Origin: an uncultured Eubacteriales bacterium
GTDB lineage: Bacteria > Bacillota > Clostridia > Lachnospirales > Lachnospiraceae
Assembly: GCA_949292785.1 (NCBI GenBank)
Contig: CASFBK010000006.1
Span: 220,250 to 284,249 of the forward strand
DNA length: 64,000 bases
Reading direction: 5' to 3'
Every line of letters begins with the position of its first letter. The first letter of the stretch is position 1. Of this stretch, positions 61,601-64,000 are shown one piece after another. Position numbers and translations under genes: made by a program. Below the pieces are notes generated by a model. It saw only the letters and a list, made by a program, of their open reading frames with translations. It did not search any database and was not told where the DNA came from.

Positions 61601-63835
61601 AATCTCATATGGCTGTGCAATGATTGTTATCGAATGGTCAACAACGGTCCGATACCGCCAAACATAGACGAAAAAGTATTAAAGAAGATTCAGAAGTATA
61701 AACAAAAGTGAAATTTGTAAGCACAATATGTACCGTGAGGGCATGGAGTGTTGAACCCCGATGGAGGGTAGTAAGTTAGTTTGATGGAACGCCGGGTGCG
61801 ATGAAAGTTGCATGCCCGGTGTGGAGCGGGGGAAAAGGTAGAGATAACTTCAAAGCCTTACCTATCGCTATTTGCCATATTTTCCAAAATGAACAATGTA
61901 TCCGGCATTTCCAGCTCCGGTTCAAAGAAGGCTACGGATATGCAGTTAAAATGCCAGTACCTTACGGAGATAAACGAGGGCAGGGGCATTGTGTTTGCGA
62001 CGGGTACTCCCGTCAGCAATACCATGTGTGAGCTGTATGTCATGCAGCTTTACCTTCAGAAAGAAGCCTTAGAGCGAATGGGTATCCATTACTTTGACTC
62101 CTGGGCGGCAAATTTCGGGGAAGTGACTACCGCCTTAGAGCTTACGGTGGAGGGAAGCGGGTTCCGTTTCAAAAGCCGCTTTAACAAATTTACCAACCTG
62201 CCGGAGCTGATGACTACCTTTAGAGAGGTAGCCGATGTGCAGACAGCGGATATGTTAAAACTCCCTGTGCCGGGACTTCGCACCGGAAACTATATCATCG
62301 TGGACAGCGAGCCGGACTGGTATATTAAGCAGGTTATGGAAAGCTTTGTGGAAAGGGCAGAGCGTATACGGGGCGGGGGAGTTGATCCGTCAGTGGATAA
62401 CTTCTTAAAAATCACAAATGAGGCAAGACTGCTTGGAACCGATGCAAGGTTACTGGAACCGGATGCACCAAACAATCCCGAAAGCAAACTGAATAAAGTA
62501 GTCGAAAATGTGGCAGCCGAATATTTCCAGAGCAATGCAGACGGAAAAATCGGCTGCCAGCTTGTTTTTTCGGACATCGGCACACCAAAGGCTGCATGGA
62601 GTGAGGATTGGGAGGAACTTTTTAAACGGGGCGAACGCACCTTTGATGTATATAACTATATCAAAACCGAGCTGGTAAGAAAGGGGATTCCGGCAGAGGA
62701 GATTGTCTTTGTGCATGATGCAAAGACAGACGCACAAAGAGAGACTCTCTTTAAGGAAATGCGTACCGGAAAGAAAAAAATCATGATCGGCTCCACCGAC
62801 CAGTGCGGAACCGGCGTCAATGTGCAGAGACATCTGGTAGCCATGCACCACATCGACTGCCCCTGGAAGCCTTCCTGCATTGAGCAGAGGGAAGGGCGAG
62901 GTATCCGACAGGGGAATGAGAATGATGAGATTGCGGTTTACCGTTATGTGACAAAAGGTACATTTGATGCCTATTCCTGGAGTCTGGTGGAAAATAAGCA
63001 GCGTTTCATCAGTCAGGTTATGACAAGCAAGGCGGTGTCCCGTACCTGCGAGGATATAGACGAGGCAACCCTTTCCTATGCGGAAATCAAGGCGGTTGCC
63101 ACCGGAAATCCGCTGATCAAGGAAAAAATGCAGCTCGAAAATGACGTACAGAAATTGAAGCTCTTAAAGAGTACCTATGACAGCCAGCGTTACAGTCTGG
63201 AGGATAACATTGTTGTCCGTTTCCCGAAACTGATCAAAGCGGCAGAGGAAAAGGCGGAATGTGTCAGGGAGGATATAAAGACCGCAGAGGCAGGGCTTCT
63301 TGCAGAACCGGATTTTGCAGTCAAAGTGGGCGGAGCAACTTACCGGGAACGTGTGGACGGTGGTACAGCCATGTTAGAAGCAGTCAGCAGGTGCAAAAAT
63401 GGCGAGACAACACATCTTGGGGAGTTTAAAGGCTTTGAGCTTCTGGTGGAAAAGAACTTCATCGGTACGCATTATCTGGTGCTTCGTGGAAAGACGGACC
63501 ATAAAACGGAGCTTTCCACAAGTCCCGTAGGCAGCATGGTAAAGCTGGAAAACCTGCTTGGCGGCATGGCGGAGGAGCTGGATTTCCTGACAAAGAAAAG
63601 GGAGCAGTACCAGCGTGACTTAGAGCAGTCAAAAGCGGAGTATGAAAAACCGTTCTTACAGGAAAATGAGCTGTCAGAAAAGACAGCAAGGCTCAACGAG
63701 CTGAATGTACAGCTTGACCTGGAGAATGGCAGGACAGAGGATATAGACCTTGCCGGGGAAAAGACAGAGGAACAAAACAGGGTGGCGGAAGAAAATCTGT
63801 ATCAGGCAGGACCACCCGGAAAAGAGGGAAGATGA
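52609..63835 (+). CDS. Giant polyvalent protein: ArdC-like N-domain, N6-MTase and SNF2/SF2 helicase (DarB-like), split by a group II intron (exons 52609-59101 and 61872-63835; 2818 aa spliced)
   Basis: [19 protein letters not shown] (ArdC-like); VLEPAAGVG and VGNVPF (MTase); AHVVGAGKT and DEAH; joined exons read HHFKN-L-AIFSKM; helicase-C [11 protein letters not shown]. Confidence 0.92.
53357..53719 (+). CDS. tnpV: TnpV-like protein nested in the +1 frame of the helicase gene
   Basis: GAAAGGAG RBS 8 nt before ATG; [10 protein letters not shown]...LGRF...YLKENH..RY..L...GKL...EE.A...MEMW....AR..AEEIV matches the TnpV pattern. Confidence 0.75.
   Translation: MTELLQYKEAEDGMLYPDLTLPEEKVTMTSLGRFAVRAMEYLKENHRQRYQTLVRFGKLAEKMQEVEEEAYRMMEVLEQDYLKKNPPKNPQSTMEMWQLREQARMQAEEIVMTEIVLKFH
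59102..61871 (+). mobile_element. Second group II intron, in the helicase gene
   Basis: 5' GTACG; domain V GAACGCCGGGTGCGATGAAAGTTGCATGCCCGGTGT (~61787-61822); 3' ...TTACCTATCGCTAT; removal restores the frame. Confidence 0.93.
59804..61711 (+). CDS. ltrA: Intron-encoded reverse transcriptase/maturase (start may be GTG 59834)
   Basis: [36 protein letters not shown], Zn/HNH-like C-terminus. Confidence 0.95.
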   Translation: MGDELRGDSLVHLNVRFSTEAELKQTLDFLYEKSKEGIAFTGLVEAMVNEVTIVTAIHNIKSNKGSKTAGVDQMKMDKYLQMPRDELIALIRDNFSNYRPKPARRVYIPKKNGKQRPLGIPTVLDRIIQECMRIVIEPICEARFYPHSYGFRPYRAQKHAIRDIINVINASTYSQDQPVWAIEGDIKGCFDNIDHRILLQKIWRIGIHDKRVIKIIQQMLKAGYIESGVMNDTKLGTMQGGILSPLLSNVYLNDFDWFVGRMYMEPHRQCKHKCNDTRRLKWSGVTPKYNFRFADDWVILTSTEQEAYRLKRVLTKYFRNKMKLELSQEKTFVTDLRTEGIHFLGFVVKAEKKRKTPNPRTWTENLVGKPLPDMERLKDKIQKIADEVRVIGEITERSVQAAQIQRVNSMIVGLAQYLQPSICSHAFHAIDRRINNTALAVWKKRFPKHYNKYQIPLEKLCNLPHRHEGYKSKTFAVPIEGEWFGITYAFITHSKYESKPFDQRMTPYTEEGRRIYSYYRSKSKPLPCDRPSVNTTRDIQLSVYAKTVFNFEYFMNREYAYNRDKGKCKCCKKPLFLENKKYCYHIKGELPLERVNKVQNLIWLCNDCYRMVNNGPIPPNIDEKVLKKIQKYKQK

Positions 63836-64000
63836 AAAGAAAAATAATGGCAGGCATACTGATTGCGCTGGGGCTGGCACTGATGTCAGTCCCTGTTTAT
63901 TTCCGGCTTACGGTGGAATGGAAAAGCAGGCAGATGGTGCAGGAAATCGAGCAGACGATAGAGCAGGAGAAGGAGCATGAAGAAAAGGAGAAGGACGGGC
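63832..64000 (+). CDS. N-terminally anchored protein, 3' truncated (possibly a sortase)
   Basis: ATGA overlap with the helicase stop; [24 protein letters not shown]...; frame open to window end; sortase call is from context only. Confidence 0.5.
   Translation, partial: MKRKIMAGILIALGLALMSVPVYFRLTVEWKSRQMVQEIEQTIEQEKEHEEKEKDG

Larger units (their letters stand above)
16116..64000 (+). mobile_element. Integrative conjugative element (left end at ~16116; right end beyond window)
   Basis: Interrupts a host gene; carries relaxase, MobC, VirD4, VirB4, VirB6-like, PrgI, PcfB, NlpC/P60, adhesin and helicase; no integrase inside the window. Confidence 0.9.

Noticed and set aside
767-63880. Numerous minus-strand ORFs in the track
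   Set aside because: All are antisense shadows of well-supported + strand genes, with no motifs or RBSs

Overview
Firmicutes (Lachnospiraceae/Clostridia-like) chromosomal window; every credible gene is on the + strand. 1-15.6 kb is a nitrogen/urea-utilisation region: the 3' end of an APC permease, a urease operon (fused ureAB, ureC, ureE, ureF, ureG, ureD), an Hpt-containing hybrid kinase plus a REC-AraC regulator, the urtABCDE urea ABC transporter, a REC-HisKA-HATPase protein and a cytidylate-kinase-like gene. A Csp-like S8 protease gene is cut at its catalytic DSG motif (~16115) by the left end of a large integrative conjugative element (ICE) that runs past the window end. The ICE encodes a ParM-like actin, a thioester/Cna-B LPXTG adhesin, RadC/JAB, a DUF3991-TOPRIM protein, an iteron/oriT-like region, MobC, a relaxase, PcfB, VirD4, a pilin, a VirB6-like protein, PrgI, VirB4, an NlpC/P60 hydrolase, an MT-A70 methylase and a giant ArdC-MTase-SNF2 helicase. 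Two different group II introns split virB4 (42833-45494) and the helicase gene (59102-61871); removing each restores the reading frame. There are two AT-rich cargo cassettes: a KAP NTPase, and a PBECR4-like nuclease preceded by promoter, ~130-nt structured RNA and terminator (type III toxin-antitoxin-like layout). The two strongest leads are this RNA+nuclease cassette and a TnpV-like gene with its own RBS nested in the +1 frame inside the giant helicase gene. Family assignments come from motif recognition by eye; no database searches were run.
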